From an uncultured Thiotrichaceae bacterium (GTDB lineage Bacteria; Pseudomonadota; Gammaproteobacteria; Thiotrichales; Thiotrichaceae), in assembly GCA_902727985.1 (NCBI GenBank), contig CACVAY010000103.1, positions 11,086-75,085 on the forward strand: a stretch of DNA of 64,000 nt, read 5' to 3'. The notes below the pieces were generated by a model. The model had not been told where the DNA came from and did no database searches. It worked only from the letters and a program-made list of their open reading frames with translations. Shown here in pieces: positions 46,586 to 56,918 of the stretch. Made by a program: the position numbers and the translations under genes. Numbering within the stretch: the first letter of the stretch is position 1; each line of letters starts with the position of its first letter.

Positions 46586-47125
46586 GATATGTCCTTATGC
46601 AACACTCTAAATGTGATGCAATTTAGGCGGGTAAGTTCACTATTTAGAAATAGGTCGATTTTGCCACAGATACTAAATTTTGCTGCTTTCAAGCAAAATA
46701 CAGTCGAACAGTTACCGCGTTTATACTTTTTCAGAAAGCGGTTATGGGTTATTTAAAATAGACGTGTGGGAGTCAAATGAGGTTCATTTTTCCACAAAAG
46801 ACTGATTGAATAACCTTTTAAAGACTGGAATGTATCATGAATGATAAGGTTTTCCTTTTTAATCTGATGAGATTCGCTGTCCATACATTATCAAAAAGGT
46901 AGTCATTCGTTTATAGATTGGCTTAATCATCTTAGGATACCTGCTTATCGCGCTAGGGTATTTATTGAAGGGTATTTATGGGCATATTATTTGGACAGGT
47001 GTATGACTACCATTGTGGAGTTTTGTATTCCACAGTGGAAAAATGAGAAGCGAAAGCAGACAGTCTCCAGTAATGAGGGGACTGCGTCCAAAGCTCTGAG
47101 AGAATAATGCTAGAAGGCTATGTTT

Positions 47126-47554
47126 CTAGGGAGATTGGAAAGCAACATTAGTTTGTGTTCGCTGTGGTGATACGAAGCAGTGTGTACCAGATGCCACTTT
47201 TTGATACTGCCCAGTTTTATTAGTCTGCTGAAAGGTATCGTAGCAAAATGTGTTATTGGCTGAATTCACCACGGTCAATGCTGCAATCTCAAAAGTACCA
47301 TCTTGATTTCTATCGAATACCCGATATAACTTGGATGGGTATTTTCTAATAAATTCGTGGCTGATCTTGGTGAGATTAGTCGGCTTTTCTCCTGTAGCAT
47401 GCACAATAAGCGTGTTTTTTTTGAAATAGATATTGGCTGATGTGTTGACGGTGGGTTGGAATACGCTAAAGCTATTATATTGATTCGCGTGAGATATTGT
47501 TGACAGTGCCAACAATAAAAAAGCGTAATTACCCGCCTGTGTAAGCATCTTCAT
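47126..47554 (-). CDS. hypothetical secreted protein
   Basis: 142 aa with a signal peptide (AFLLLALSTISHA). I recognised no motif. Confidence 0.5.
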   Translation of the reverse strand: MKMLTQAGNYAFLLLALSTISHANQYNSFSVFQPTVNTSANIYFKKNTLIVHATGEKPTNLTKISHEFIRKYPSKLYRVFDRNQDGTFEIAALTVVNSANNTFCYDTFQQTNKTGQYQKVASGTHCFVSPQRTQTNVAFQSP

Positions 47555-47806
47555 TTGAATAACCTCCGTGTATTCAAATTGTTAATGGGTATAACGAAGA
47601 GCGTTTTTATTATAAGGTTCTGAGTGGTTTTTTGTGAGTAGGCAAGAGAGTTATCCATAACATACCTCTAAGACCTTCTTTACATCAGATCATGATCCTT
47701 ACTTCTTCATTCGCATTAGTATAGTCAAAGAATGAGGAAATAAAGCGACTTTATGGTATTTTTTGATACTATCCCTAGTCTATTTCTCAAACAAAATATA
47801 TAAAAA

Positions 47807-49267
47807 ATGAACTACCTTTTTCTGAATAAAGCGAATGCCACTGACATTAAAACGGATTGCCTGATCTTGCCTGTCTTTTCTAATGGAGAGCAGAGTGATG
47901 CATTTAGTGCCGTTAATAGCTCTCTAGATAATCAATTGACCGAGTTATTCACTAATGGTGATATCACGGGAAAGCAGGGAAGTATTGAGATGCTTTATGA
48001 AGCACCGGATGTTGAGGCGAAGCGCATCATGCTGGTGGGGTGTGGTAAGCGTAAGGGGTTTTCATCTACAGTTGCTGGTGAGGTAATGAAGAAAGTGGGT
48101 ACTCGATTGAAGGGTATGAAAGTTGCGACGGCGATGAGCTTGCTAACATCTGGTGTTTTGGATGATAAAGATGCAGTCACACAAAGTGTGCTCGCCTTTG
48201 ATGAATGTTTCTATGATTTTTCGCACTACAAAAGTACTGCAAAAGCAGAAGATGCGAATCGTTTCGAAACTTTAACGGTTGTTGGCGTAATGGCTGAAGG
48301 AGTAGGGGCTCACGCTGTAGGCGTAGCATCAGGGAAACAATTAGCCAAAGATTTGGCCAATCATCCGGGAAATGTTTGTACGCCTTCTTATTTAGCGCAA
48401 ACGGCTAAACAGTTGGCTGAAGATTATGCTGATCTCGAGGTGGATATTTTGGGAGAGGCAGAAATGGATGAGCTGGGTATGGGCGCATTCATGTCAGTGA
48501 GCAAAGGTAGCCGTGAAGAAGGAAAAATGATTAGCATGCGTTACCAAGGTGGTGAAAGTGGTGCACGACCTGTCGTGCTAGTAGGTAAAGGCATTACATT
48601 CGATACCGGAGGGATTTCTCTCAAACCCGGTGCAAACATGGATGAGATGAAGTTTGATATGGGCGGAGCGGCAAGTGTTTTTGGCACAATGAAAGCGATT
48701 GCAGCGATGGGTTTGCCTATTAATGTCATTGGTGTCGTTGCAACGGCTGAGAATATGCCGAGTGGTCACGCTACCAAGCCCGGTGATATTGTTACTGCGA
48801 TGTCGGGGAAAACGATTGAAGTATTGAATACGGATGCAGAAGGCCGTTTGGTGCTGTGTGATGCATTAACCTATGTAAAGAAATATGATCCAGCTGTTGT
48901 CATTGATATTGCTACCTTAACGGGCGCATGCATCATCGCTTTAGGCCACCATATTAGTGGTTTGATTAGCAATGATGATACTTTGGCTGATGATATTCTA
49001 CAGGCGGGAAAGGATTGTCAAGATGAAGCGTGGCGTTTACCTTACAATGACAAATATAAGAAACAGCTTAAAAGTGAATTTGCCGATTTGGGCAATATTG
49101 GCGGACGTGCTGCTGGAACCATTACGGCTGGTTGTTTTCTTTCGGAATTTGCTGAGGAGTATTCATGGGCACACCTTGATATTGCAGGTACAGCATGGAC
49201 AGGTAAAGCGGCAACGGGACGTCCAGTACCCTTATTGACTCAGTTTGTGATGAATCGTTGTGACTAA
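47807..49267 (+). CDS. pepA: leucyl aminopeptidase (M17)
   Basis: 486 aa with VGKGITFDTGGISLKP, MKFDMGGAA and NTDAEGRLVLCDAL. Confidence 0.95.
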   Translation: MNYLFLNKANATDIKTDCLILPVFSNGEQSDAFSAVNSSLDNQLTELFTNGDITGKQGSIEMLYEAPDVEAKRIMLVGCGKRKGFSSTVAGEVMKKVGTRLKGMKVATAMSLLTSGVLDDKDAVTQSVLAFDECFYDFSHYKSTAKAEDANRFETLTVVGVMAEGVGAHAVGVASGKQLAKDLANHPGNVCTPSYLAQTAKQLAEDYADLEVDILGEAEMDELGMGAFMSVSKGSREEGKMISMRYQGGESGARPVVLVGKGITFDTGGISLKPGANMDEMKFDMGGAASVFGTMKAIAAMGLPINVIGVVATAENMPSGHATKPGDIVTAMSGKTIEVLNTDAEGRLVLCDALTYVKKYDPAVVIDIATLTGACIIALGHHISGLISNDDTLADDILQAGKDCQDEAWRLPYNDKYKKQLKSEFADLGNIGGRAAGTITAGCFLSEFAEEYSWAHLDIAGTAWTGKAATGRPVPLLTQFVMNRCD

Positions 49268-49673
49268 AGTCTCGTTTTATGTGGGATCGCAAAGCAACCT
49301 TAAAGATAGGTTGCTATTAGCTTGTAAGCTGACAGAAAAGGCACTCAAGCATGATATGAAGGTCTATATCCATACTGATGGTTATGCCACAACGAAACAG
49401 CTTGATGAGTTGATGTGGACATGGAGTGAATTAAGCTTCATGCCACATGCTGAACCTCCCAATGAGGCACCTGTACTTATTGGGCATGACTTTGAGCCGG
49501 TAGAAAATTGTGGTTACCTGATTAACCTTTCAACAGAGCAGCCTGTTTTTTTTAGCCGCTTTGAACGAATGGCTGAGATTCTCGACCAAACCCCGGAAAT
49601 CTTGGAAATGGGGCGTGATCGTTATCGATTTTATCAAGACAGAGGGTATGAATTGGACTACTATAAATTGTAG
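49260..49673 (+). CDS. holC: DNA polymerase III chi subunit
   Basis: 137 aa with a GTG start that overlaps the pepA stop by 8 nt, the classical pepA-holC arrangement. The pattern VSFYV...LLACKLTEKA...VYIHT...LDELMW...GRDRYRFYQDRGY matches HolC. Confidence 0.85.
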   Translation: MTKVSFYVGSQSNLKDRLLLACKLTEKALKHDMKVYIHTDGYATTKQLDELMWTWSELSFMPHAEPPNEAPVLIGHDFEPVENCGYLINLSTEQPVFFSRFERMAEILDQTPEILEMGRDRYRFYQDRGYELDYYKL

Positions 49674-49846
49674 GATATTTATTATTCGTCGGCTTCTTTA
49701 GCATGACATTGAGAGTAGTAGATTCTGAGAATGACACTAGAATTGAGCCGAACGCGCTTTAGGCTAAGATAAGGTTGTAGATACTAAAAATACAATGTAA
49801 TTACGAATAATCATCATGGAAGAAGATTGTTGAGGGGTATATAACT

Positions 49847-50071
49847 ATGCATTACACATTAGATCGAAAAAATATTGTCATTCCTGTGGTAACTGATGTT
49901 GTTATCCCAGGAGATCAAGCAATGAAAGAAAAGGCTCAGCAAGTGGCGCATAAGGATAGTGCGGTGGTTAATTTGCAGAAGCGAATCGATGAGGTCGAGA
50001 CAGCCATAGGCCAGAAAGAAGAGGTGTCTCATTCTAGAGCGCATGCTATTCGTGCAGAAGAGTCATACTAA
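49847..50071 (+). CDS. hypothetical small protein
   Basis: 74-aa ORF with no recognisable motif. The case for coding rests only on ORF length and a plausible upstream purine-rich stretch (GAGGGG). Confidence 0.3.
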   Translation: MHYTLDRKNIVIPVVTDVVIPGDQAMKEKAQQVAHKDSAVVNLQKRIDEVETAIGQKEEVSHSRAHAIRAEESY

Positions 50072-50106
50072 TCAATCAATAACATCCGCCAGCCTCTTTA
50101 TGGAAA

Positions 50107-50225
50107 CTCTGATCAAGTCTAATTTCTTTGGATTCGGGACTTTAGCTCCGCCCTTCGTATTTTATTTTCAATACGTTAGGTGAAGTTAAAGCCTCGGTTC
50201 CAATATTGTTTGGACTTGATCAGAG
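50107..50225. repeat. 119-bp imperfect palindrome (long hairpin element) between convergent genes
   Basis: The terminal inverted repeat is CTCTGATCAAGTC (50107-50119) with GACTTGATCAGAG (50213-50225). The interior also pairs imperfectly around a central CGTAT...ATACG stem. Confidence 0.6.
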
Positions 50226-50237
50226 CTTTCTTATGTG

Positions 50238-50271
50238 AAAAGTGAGCTTATGATTACATAAGTTCACTTTT
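50238..50271. terminator. bidirectional intrinsic terminator downstream of the 533-aa gene
   Basis: The layout is AAAA (50238-41), stem GTGAGCTTATG (50242-52), loop ATTA, stem CATAAGTTCAC (50257-67, one G.U pair), then TTTT (50268-71). On the minus strand the hairpin is followed by UUUUC. Confidence 0.6.
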
Positions 50272-50355
50272 GCCTATGTAGTAAATTTTTTGTATGAATA
50301 AAGTTCCTGGAACTTATGTCTACTCAGCTAAGGTTTATCTCTGGTTTGCCAAGGC

Positions 50356-51957
50356 CTATTGAGCAGGTACTGTCTCAAAGACAGGAGGTTTTGATAAATC
50401 CTTATTGGTGCTTTCAGGCTGTATTTTCTTCGCATCGTCATTTTTCTCTTCTTGCACTGCGATAGATTTGAGTGTTTCTTCAATGGCTATCGTCGCATAG
50501 TTACAATCAATAACAGGATTATTATCAATACAAGTCTGTCCAGGTTTCTTCACATAACATTGGGCTTGATTAATGTGCCAGCAATAATAGTAAATCTCAG
50601 TTTCAGAGGGGTGTTCATCTAAGAAAGTGAGAAAGTTGCTGAAATAAATAGAGGCATTGTTGCGTGCTTTCTCTGCTTCCTCTGTTAGGTTTTCTTTCTC
50701 GTATGCTTGAGCAAGTTGTTCAAAGAGAAGTCCAAGGCCATAGAGCAGTTTTCCATGATGTATCTGCTGATCTGGCGAGGCATGTTTCCACAATGTTGTG
50801 CTGGGTTCCATTAAGCCGATAGCATCGCGAATGGTTGCAATGGCAACATCGTCTACGCCGATAACGCTGGTAATTCCGAGGTGGTAGAAAAGACTCATAC
50901 CAATGTAGGCGCAACGTTCTCGACTCAAGTCATCAGGGAGGGCATTGATATGAGTGCATTTTTCATTAAACCTAATGACAGACTCTTTGTCTAAATTACT
51001 CATATACACCCACTGCGCCTGCTTTTGTATTGAGGTGGACTCATGAAAAAGTGACTCAAAGACTGTTTGCTTGGCGTCCTCAGAAAGGCTCAAGGAGCTT
51101 TGTTGATCGTTTGAGGCATGGCCGAGTGCGCTTAGTATGCCTGAAAGCTGGTTTTCAGAAAGCTGGTTTTGTTGCAAGCTGGCATCAATATCAGAAAAAT
51201 ACGTAGTTTTGTGTTCTGAAAGATATTGTGCAGCATCGCGACGGCGATAAGGATTTTTACTTTCAAGTGCCTCTTCGATCACCTGGTAGGTAACATCTGC
51301 TGCGAATAGATCGTTGAAGAAGAATTGACTAATAATATTCTGCTGAAGAAGATCCCTCTGAGTGAATATATTCGTCGTTATTGGAATCGGCTTGAGGGTT
51401 TTGAACCCATTGCCAATGGCGCGGTATTGTAAGCGGAAAACTTCTTGAGGATGGCGACGATAGATCAGTTCGATATTGTCTTCATCCGCATAATCCAGAT
51501 CCGATGAAATGAAATATTCACGAACAGTGTTGCCATCAGGTGCTTGAACGGTAAAAATTCTTTTGTCTAACGGTGTGCTATTAGTGAAATGCCATTCGAT
51601 CTCATTGGTCGGACTAAAAGGATTGCCCTTTGTAGTAAGGCGTTGGTAAAAGTTTTCACGTGAGTATACGCCAACATTATCGGGAACATTTGCGATATAG
51701 CCTTTAGAAACGATTGCTGAATTAGTTGCTGTCTCTCGTTGTACCCACAGTATAGTAACAATGGTGAGCATAGCTGCGATAAAGAGCCAATTGCCGACAT
51801 ATAGCCATTTCATGACGGTATGTGCGTTTTCTGGCGCGGTTTGCCAGCGATCTTTTAAGCGACGTTCCGCAAATAGCATTAAGACAGCTGCAATACCTGC
51901 GGGCCCCCAGCGCATAATGGCATCTGCTACTGGGTTTAAACTGTTTAATGCATCCAT
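50356..51957 (-). CDS. hypothetical membrane-anchored protein (two N-terminal TM helices, large unknown domain)
   Basis: 533 aa. The TM helices are GPAGIAAVLMLFA and WLFIAAMLTIVTILWV. The rest is soluble, with a helical-repeat-like middle and a Cys-containing C-terminal stretch (YYCWHINQAQCYVKKPGQTCIDNNPVIDC). I recognised no catalytic motif. Confidence 0.7.
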   Translation of the reverse strand: MDALNSLNPVADAIMRWGPAGIAAVLMLFAERRLKDRWQTAPENAHTVMKWLYVGNWLFIAAMLTIVTILWVQRETATNSAIVSKGYIANVPDNVGVYSRENFYQRLTTKGNPFSPTNEIEWHFTNSTPLDKRIFTVQAPDGNTVREYFISSDLDYADEDNIELIYRRHPQEVFRLQYRAIGNGFKTLKPIPITTNIFTQRDLLQQNIISQFFFNDLFAADVTYQVIEEALESKNPYRRRDAAQYLSEHKTTYFSDIDASLQQNQLSENQLSGILSALGHASNDQQSSLSLSEDAKQTVFESLFHESTSIQKQAQWVYMSNLDKESVIRFNEKCTHINALPDDLSRERCAYIGMSLFYHLGITSVIGVDDVAIATIRDAIGLMEPSTTLWKHASPDQQIHHGKLLYGLGLLFEQLAQAYEKENLTEEAEKARNNASIYFSNFLTFLDEHPSETEIYYYCWHINQAQCYVKKPGQTCIDNNPVIDCNYATIAIEETLKSIAVQEEKNDDAKKIQPESTNKDLSKPPVFETVPAQ

Positions 51958-52225
51958 AGCCCATTCCTCAATGTGGATTCTGATTGGAATCTGTGCGGCA
52001 TTTTCCGATGCTCTATGTGGCGCAATATATGAAGTGTGCGGAATAAATAGCCGAGATCACAGATGAACCTATTAAATATAGCGAATTACAGTAGAAAATT
52101 CAGAGAGATACTGCCTAAATTTTACCCTTATTAGTTTGAGAGGGTTAGGCTTGGTCTTATGGGTTTAGTAATGGCGCTAACTCCAGTAAGATATTTGCAC
52201 TTTATATTTATGACACCAAGAAACT

Positions 52226-53983
52226 ATGCCGGGCAGAATTCCGCGTTCCTTTATTGATGATATTTTGGCTCGTGTTGACGTTGTCGAAATCATCAATGCG
52301 CGTGTGCCTTTAAAAAAGAAAGGGCGAGAATATTCTGCCTGTTGTCCGTTTCATAATGAAAAGACACCATCTTTTACGGTCAGTCCTACCAAGCAGTTCT
52401 ATCATTGTTTCGGCTGTGGTGAACATGGAACCGCCATTACCTTTTTGATGGAATATGAACACTTGGATTTTGTTGAGGCGATTGAGTACATCGCTCGTTC
52501 TTTGGGTGTGGAGGTTCCTCGTGAAAAAGGCCGTGCAAAGTCTGCGGAGGAATATAAAAAACAAGGTGGTTTATATGAGTTGATGGAAGAGGTTAATCGT
52601 TTCTATCAATTTCATCTGACGAAACATTCCGACGCGCAACAGTACTTGGCTGAGCGGGGCTTGTCTGAAGATATTATTCAGCGTTTTGGTTTGGGCTATG
52701 TGCCAGATGCTTGGGATAATGTGCTTAAACAGTTTGCGAAATCTTTTTCTGTAAAAGACTTAATGGATGCTGGGCTATTAATCGAGAAAGATTCCGGGGG
52801 GCAATACGACCGCTTTCGTGATCGGATTATGTTCCCTATTCGTGATCGCCGAGGCAGAATTGTCGGTTTCGGTGGACGAGTCATGGGGGATGCTACGCCC
52901 AAATATCTCAACTCTCCAGAAACGTCCATCTTCCATAAAGGAACAGAGCTTTATGGCTTTTATGAAGCACGACAATATACGCGAAAGTTAGAGCGGCTGC
53001 TGGTGGTCGAAGGCTATATGGATGTTATTGCCCTAGCGCAATTTGACATCAGTTATGCTGTTGCAACATTAGGAACGGCAACTACCCAGGAGCATGTGAA
53101 TCTTATTTTTCGCGCGGTATCAGAGGTTGTGTTTTGTTTCGATGGAGATCGAGCCGGACAGGAGGCTGCTTGGCGAGCACTACAGAATGCCTTGGCGGTC
53201 TTGCGAGATGGTAAAGAAATTCGTTTCTTGTTTTTGCCAACAGGAGAAGATCCAGATTCGCAAGTTCGCAAGATTGGTAAAGAGGCATTTGAGGAGTTGC
53301 TTGTTTCTGAAAGTGTCTCGATGACGGATTATTTACTAGAGCATATGTCTGAGAAATACAATATTAGTAGTCGTGAAGGAAAATCACGATTCATGGATGA
53401 GATGTCTACTATGTTGGTTTCTATGCCAGATACGCTGATCCGAGATCAACTTATTGCTGATATTTCCAAGTTGACTTCTATCGAGGAAAACATACTTCGA
53501 AAGCGGCAAGTTAATTCGGAGCAAGTGCCGAAAACTCAAGGGTTTAAACGGATACAAAATCACGCAGTGCAAAAAACACCTGTCCGTTATGCGATTAGTT
53601 TGCTACTGAATCAACCTTCTTTGGTGTCAGAAGCGGGAAATCCGGAACAAATCGCTCGATTTGATCTGGCAGGATCTGATTTTTTAGCTACACTCATTGA
53701 AACAATCGAAGAGAATCCCCACCTTAATACAGCGGCAATGCTGGAACGCTGGCGAGGAACTCGTTATGAGCAGTCTATCGTCCAACTATTACGATGGCAG
53801 CCAGAGTCGACTGATGTTGAAATTTTACGGGAGGAATTTCGTGATTGTTTGCAACGAATTCAATATCAGGCACATGAACAACAACTTGAGTGTCTATTAC
53901 ATAAGGCTCGAACAGAAGGGCTTGATGACATTGAACAAAGAGATTTATTGATGTTATTGAGAGAAAACAGTAAAGAAAACTAA
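52226..53983 (+). CDS. dnaG: DNA primase
   Basis: 585 aa with a zinc ribbon (CCPFHNEKTPSFTVSPTKQFYHCFGCGEHG), an RNAP core (FRDRIMFPIRDRRGRIVGFGGR) and a Toprim block (LLVVEGYMDVIAL...FDGDRAGQEAAWRA). Confidence 0.96.
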   Translation: MPGRIPRSFIDDILARVDVVEIINARVPLKKKGREYSACCPFHNEKTPSFTVSPTKQFYHCFGCGEHGTAITFLMEYEHLDFVEAIEYIARSLGVEVPREKGRAKSAEEYKKQGGLYELMEEVNRFYQFHLTKHSDAQQYLAERGLSEDIIQRFGLGYVPDAWDNVLKQFAKSFSVKDLMDAGLLIEKDSGGQYDRFRDRIMFPIRDRRGRIVGFGGRVMGDATPKYLNSPETSIFHKGTELYGFYEARQYTRKLERLLVVEGYMDVIALAQFDISYAVATLGTATTQEHVNLIFRAVSEVVFCFDGDRAGQEAAWRALQNALAVLRDGKEIRFLFLPTGEDPDSQVRKIGKEAFEELLVSESVSMTDYLLEHMSEKYNISSREGKSRFMDEMSTMLVSMPDTLIRDQLIADISKLTSIEENILRKRQVNSEQVPKTQGFKRIQNHAVQKTPVRYAISLLLNQPSLVSEAGNPEQIARFDLAGSDFLATLIETIEENPHLNTAAMLERWRGTRYEQSIVQLLRWQPESTDVEILREEFRDCLQRIQYQAHEQQLECLLHKARTEGLDDIEQRDLLMLLRENSKEN

Positions 53984-54232
53984 TAGTCGTTATGAGCTTA
54001 GGGGATTGTGTAAAGTTGCATGAGCGAGTAAAAATACACTGGGCGTGTGAAACTACCATGTAGATTATCTCAAATTATTGATATTAATAAGTTAATTGAA
54101 TTTCTTAAAACCTAGCGGGTTGAGTGATTGATTTCTATAAATGATTTTTAACTATAAAATAATTTTATTTTATACAATTACTCTATTTCATATATAATCC
54201 CCCGTTAACTTTTTCAGGACGTATCCTAAGAT

Positions 54233-56107
54233 ATGAGCGACGACAATAAAAAAACTGGAATCCAGTTGCTAATCGCAAAAGGTAAAGAGCAAGGCTATTT
54301 GACCTATGCAGAAGTTAATGATCACTTGCCAGATACGATTGTAGACCCAGAACAAATTGAAGATATCGTTAGTATGATTGGCGATATGGGGATCAATGTT
54401 TACGAAAATGCACCTGAAGAAGCCAGTTCTATTCTGAATGATGATGAAGTTCAGGCGGATGATGAAGTTGAAGAAGCGGCAGCAGTAATCGCGAATGTTG
54501 ATAACTTTGGCCGGACGACTGACCCTGTTCGCATGTATATGCGTGAAATGGGGACGGTTGAGCTACTTACTCGTGAAGGTGAGATTGAAATTGCGATTCG
54601 TATTGAAGAAGGTTTGACAGAAGTACGTCGCGCGCTCGCACATTGTCCTAGTTCTGCAAAAATCCTGCTTGATCGTTTTGAAAAAGTAGAAGCGGAAGAG
54701 ATGCGTCTCACCGATGTAATTTCTGGATTTATTGACCCTAATCAGGTTGAAGAGCCTGTTGTCCCAGCCGCGAACTCTGCGGCAGCTGCAGAATCTGCGA
54801 AAGCTAAAAAAGCAGAGGGCGATGATGAGGATGCTGACGCAGATGACGACGAGGAAGAGGAAGAAGAAGTCGTTGATACTGGAATAGACCCAGAAGAGGC
54901 TAAAGAGAAATTTACCGAACTTCTCGCCTGTTACGAAAAAGTGTGTGCTTCATGTCAGACTGGTGATGAAAAATTAATCGATGAGGCGCGTCAAGAGCAA
55001 GTCGAAAAGATCATGGAGTTCAATATGACTCCAGTCATCATCGAAGAATTTACTTTTAAGTTATCAGAAATCATCAAGTTGATTCGTCTTCATGAGCGTG
55101 CAGCAATGAAGTTTTGTATTAAATTTGGTGGTATGCCTCGTAAAGACTTCATTAGAACCTTTCCGCAAAACGAAACAAACCTCGACTGGTTGGATGATTG
55201 GATTAAAGAAAATCCCAAATACGCGGATAAGTTAGATGCGTACGTTCCAGATGTGCAAGGTATCCAGCAACAGTTGATTAAAATAGTCGAACAAACGCGG
55301 TTGAGCATTGCGCAGATTAAAGACATTAACCGTAATATGTCAGTGAGTGAAGCAAAGGCTCGTCGCGCAAAGAAAGAGATGGTTGAGGCTAACCTGCGTT
55401 TGGTTATCTCGATTGCAAAAAAATATACAAACCGTGGTTTACAGTTCCTAGATCTTATTCAGGAAGGAAATATTGGTTTGATGAAGGCGGTAGATAAATT
55501 TGAATATCGTCGTGGTTATAAGTTTTCGACTTATGCAACATGGTGGATTCGTCAGGCGATAACTCGTTCTATTGCGGATCAAGCGCGGACTATTCGTATC
55601 CCTGTGCATATGATTGAGACGATTAATAAGTTGAATCGCATTTCGCGTAAATTACTACAGGAAAAAGGCCGAGAAGCGACGCCTGAAGAGCTTGCGGTTG
55701 AAATGGATATGCCAGAGAGCAAAATCCGCAAGGTGCTTAAGATTGCTAAAGAACCTATTTCTATGGAAACACCAATTGGTGACGATGAAGATTCTTCATT
55801 AGGTGATTTCATCGAAGATGGCAATGTAATGCTGCCTGTCGATAAGGCTACAACCCTTGATTTATCTGATACCACGCGTGATGCCTTGAGTAGTTTGACT
55901 TCAAGAGAAGCCAAGGTGCTTAGAATGCGTTTCGGTATTGATATGAATACTGATCATACTTTGGAAGAAGTGGGTAAGCAGTTTGATGTAACACGTGAGC
56001 GTATTCGTCAAATTGAAGCTAAAGCGCTGAGAAAATTGCGTCATCCCTCTCGTTCAGATATGCTACGCAGCTTCTTGGAAACAGACGGGGATCCAAGACC
56101 AGAATAA
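54233..56107 (+). CDS. rpoD: RNA polymerase sigma-70
   Basis: 624 aa with region 1.1 ([17 protein letters not shown]), an acidic linker, region 2 ([56 protein letters not shown]) and region 4 ([30 protein letters not shown]). Confidence 0.98.
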   Translation: MSDDNKKTGIQLLIAKGKEQGYLTYAEVNDHLPDTIVDPEQIEDIVSMIGDMGINVYENAPEEASSILNDDEVQADDEVEEAAAVIANVDNFGRTTDPVRMYMREMGTVELLTREGEIEIAIRIEEGLTEVRRALAHCPSSAKILLDRFEKVEAEEMRLTDVISGFIDPNQVEEPVVPAANSAAAAESAKAKKAEGDDEDADADDDEEEEEEVVDTGIDPEEAKEKFTELLACYEKVCASCQTGDEKLIDEARQEQVEKIMEFNMTPVIIEEFTFKLSEIIKLIRLHERAAMKFCIKFGGMPRKDFIRTFPQNETNLDWLDDWIKENPKYADKLDAYVPDVQGIQQQLIKIVEQTRLSIAQIKDINRNMSVSEAKARRAKKEMVEANLRLVISIAKKYTNRGLQFLDLIQEGNIGLMKAVDKFEYRRGYKFSTYATWWIRQAITRSIADQARTIRIPVHMIETINKLNRISRKLLQEKGREATPEELAVEMDMPESKIRKVLKIAKEPISMETPIGDDEDSSLGDFIEDGNVMLPVDKATTLDLSDTTRDALSSLTSREAKVLRMRFGIDMNTDHTLEEVGKQFDVTRERIRQIEAKALRKLRHPSRSDMLRSFLETDGDPRPE

Positions 56108-56124
56108 TCCCCGTTATATCTTTG

Positions 56125-56201
<77 letters not shown>

Positions 56202-56918
56202 ATATTATGTAAGCCTAATCAATTGGTTATATATTTGTATATGGCTAGCTGGTTGGGCTTTTTTGGTTTTTACGCAGGGCGAAGTTCGTAAAAAACACAT
56301 TCGGTTCTGTGTTTGGAGATATTTTTTGGAAGACGTTGTTGAAGATGACTTATTTGAGAGGTGCGAAGAGTATATCTGAAATAACTTGTTTAAAAAGTAG
56401 AATGAAGAATATTGAAATATATCAGGCGTTATTAATAGGATAAGTTTTCGAAAAGAAAAAAGTAATGATGAAAGACCAGCAATGAACAACAACACGAAAA
56501 CATCCCTAGCCCAACATCATTCCCCCTGAATTTATTCGCATAACACGAATAAAAGCCCTACTTTGTGTACTTACGAACCCCCTTTGCCTGTTGGTAAGTG
56601 CACGGTATAAGCTAATCCTCTACAACATACGGCAGTAGATGAGTGGCAAAAGTAAATACCTATCTAGCAGCCTTTACTAATTAATTATTTTGTTTGAATC
56701 AACTTATATGACTCATTATTACTGAAGGTGGTCAAAAAATAAATTCGACATGTGTTTATATGAAACCTAAACGTATGCTTAGGTTGAGTAAACATTAAAC
56801 TAGTTGGATCGTCCGCTTCAAAGAGTACAATAGCTCAAAATTCATACTCATAAGAATTGAGCAATTATTATACAAGACTTTTTTTGATTGTCTACTGTAT
56901 TAAAGTAGGGGTACTTTC

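Noticed and set aside
54821-54870. The acidic low-complexity run [16 protein letters not shown] in rpoD as an unusual insertion.
   Set aside because: An acidic linker between regions 1.1 and 1.2 is a normal feature of primary sigma-70 factors.
56205-56495. A 96-aa minus-strand ORF just downstream of the tRNA.
   Set aside because: It is a low-complexity, Ser/Leu/Phe-rich translation of AT-rich DNA, with no RBS or motif. It is most likely non-coding.
56202-56918. An attachment-site-like repeat of the tRNA 3' end, or a hidden small RNA, in the 717-bp gap after the tRNA.
   Set aside because: I could not find a copy of TTCGAGTCCTTCCGGGCCCACCA or a convincing structured element, only short local hairpins. 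The island hypothesis is therefore kept only as a low-interest finding.
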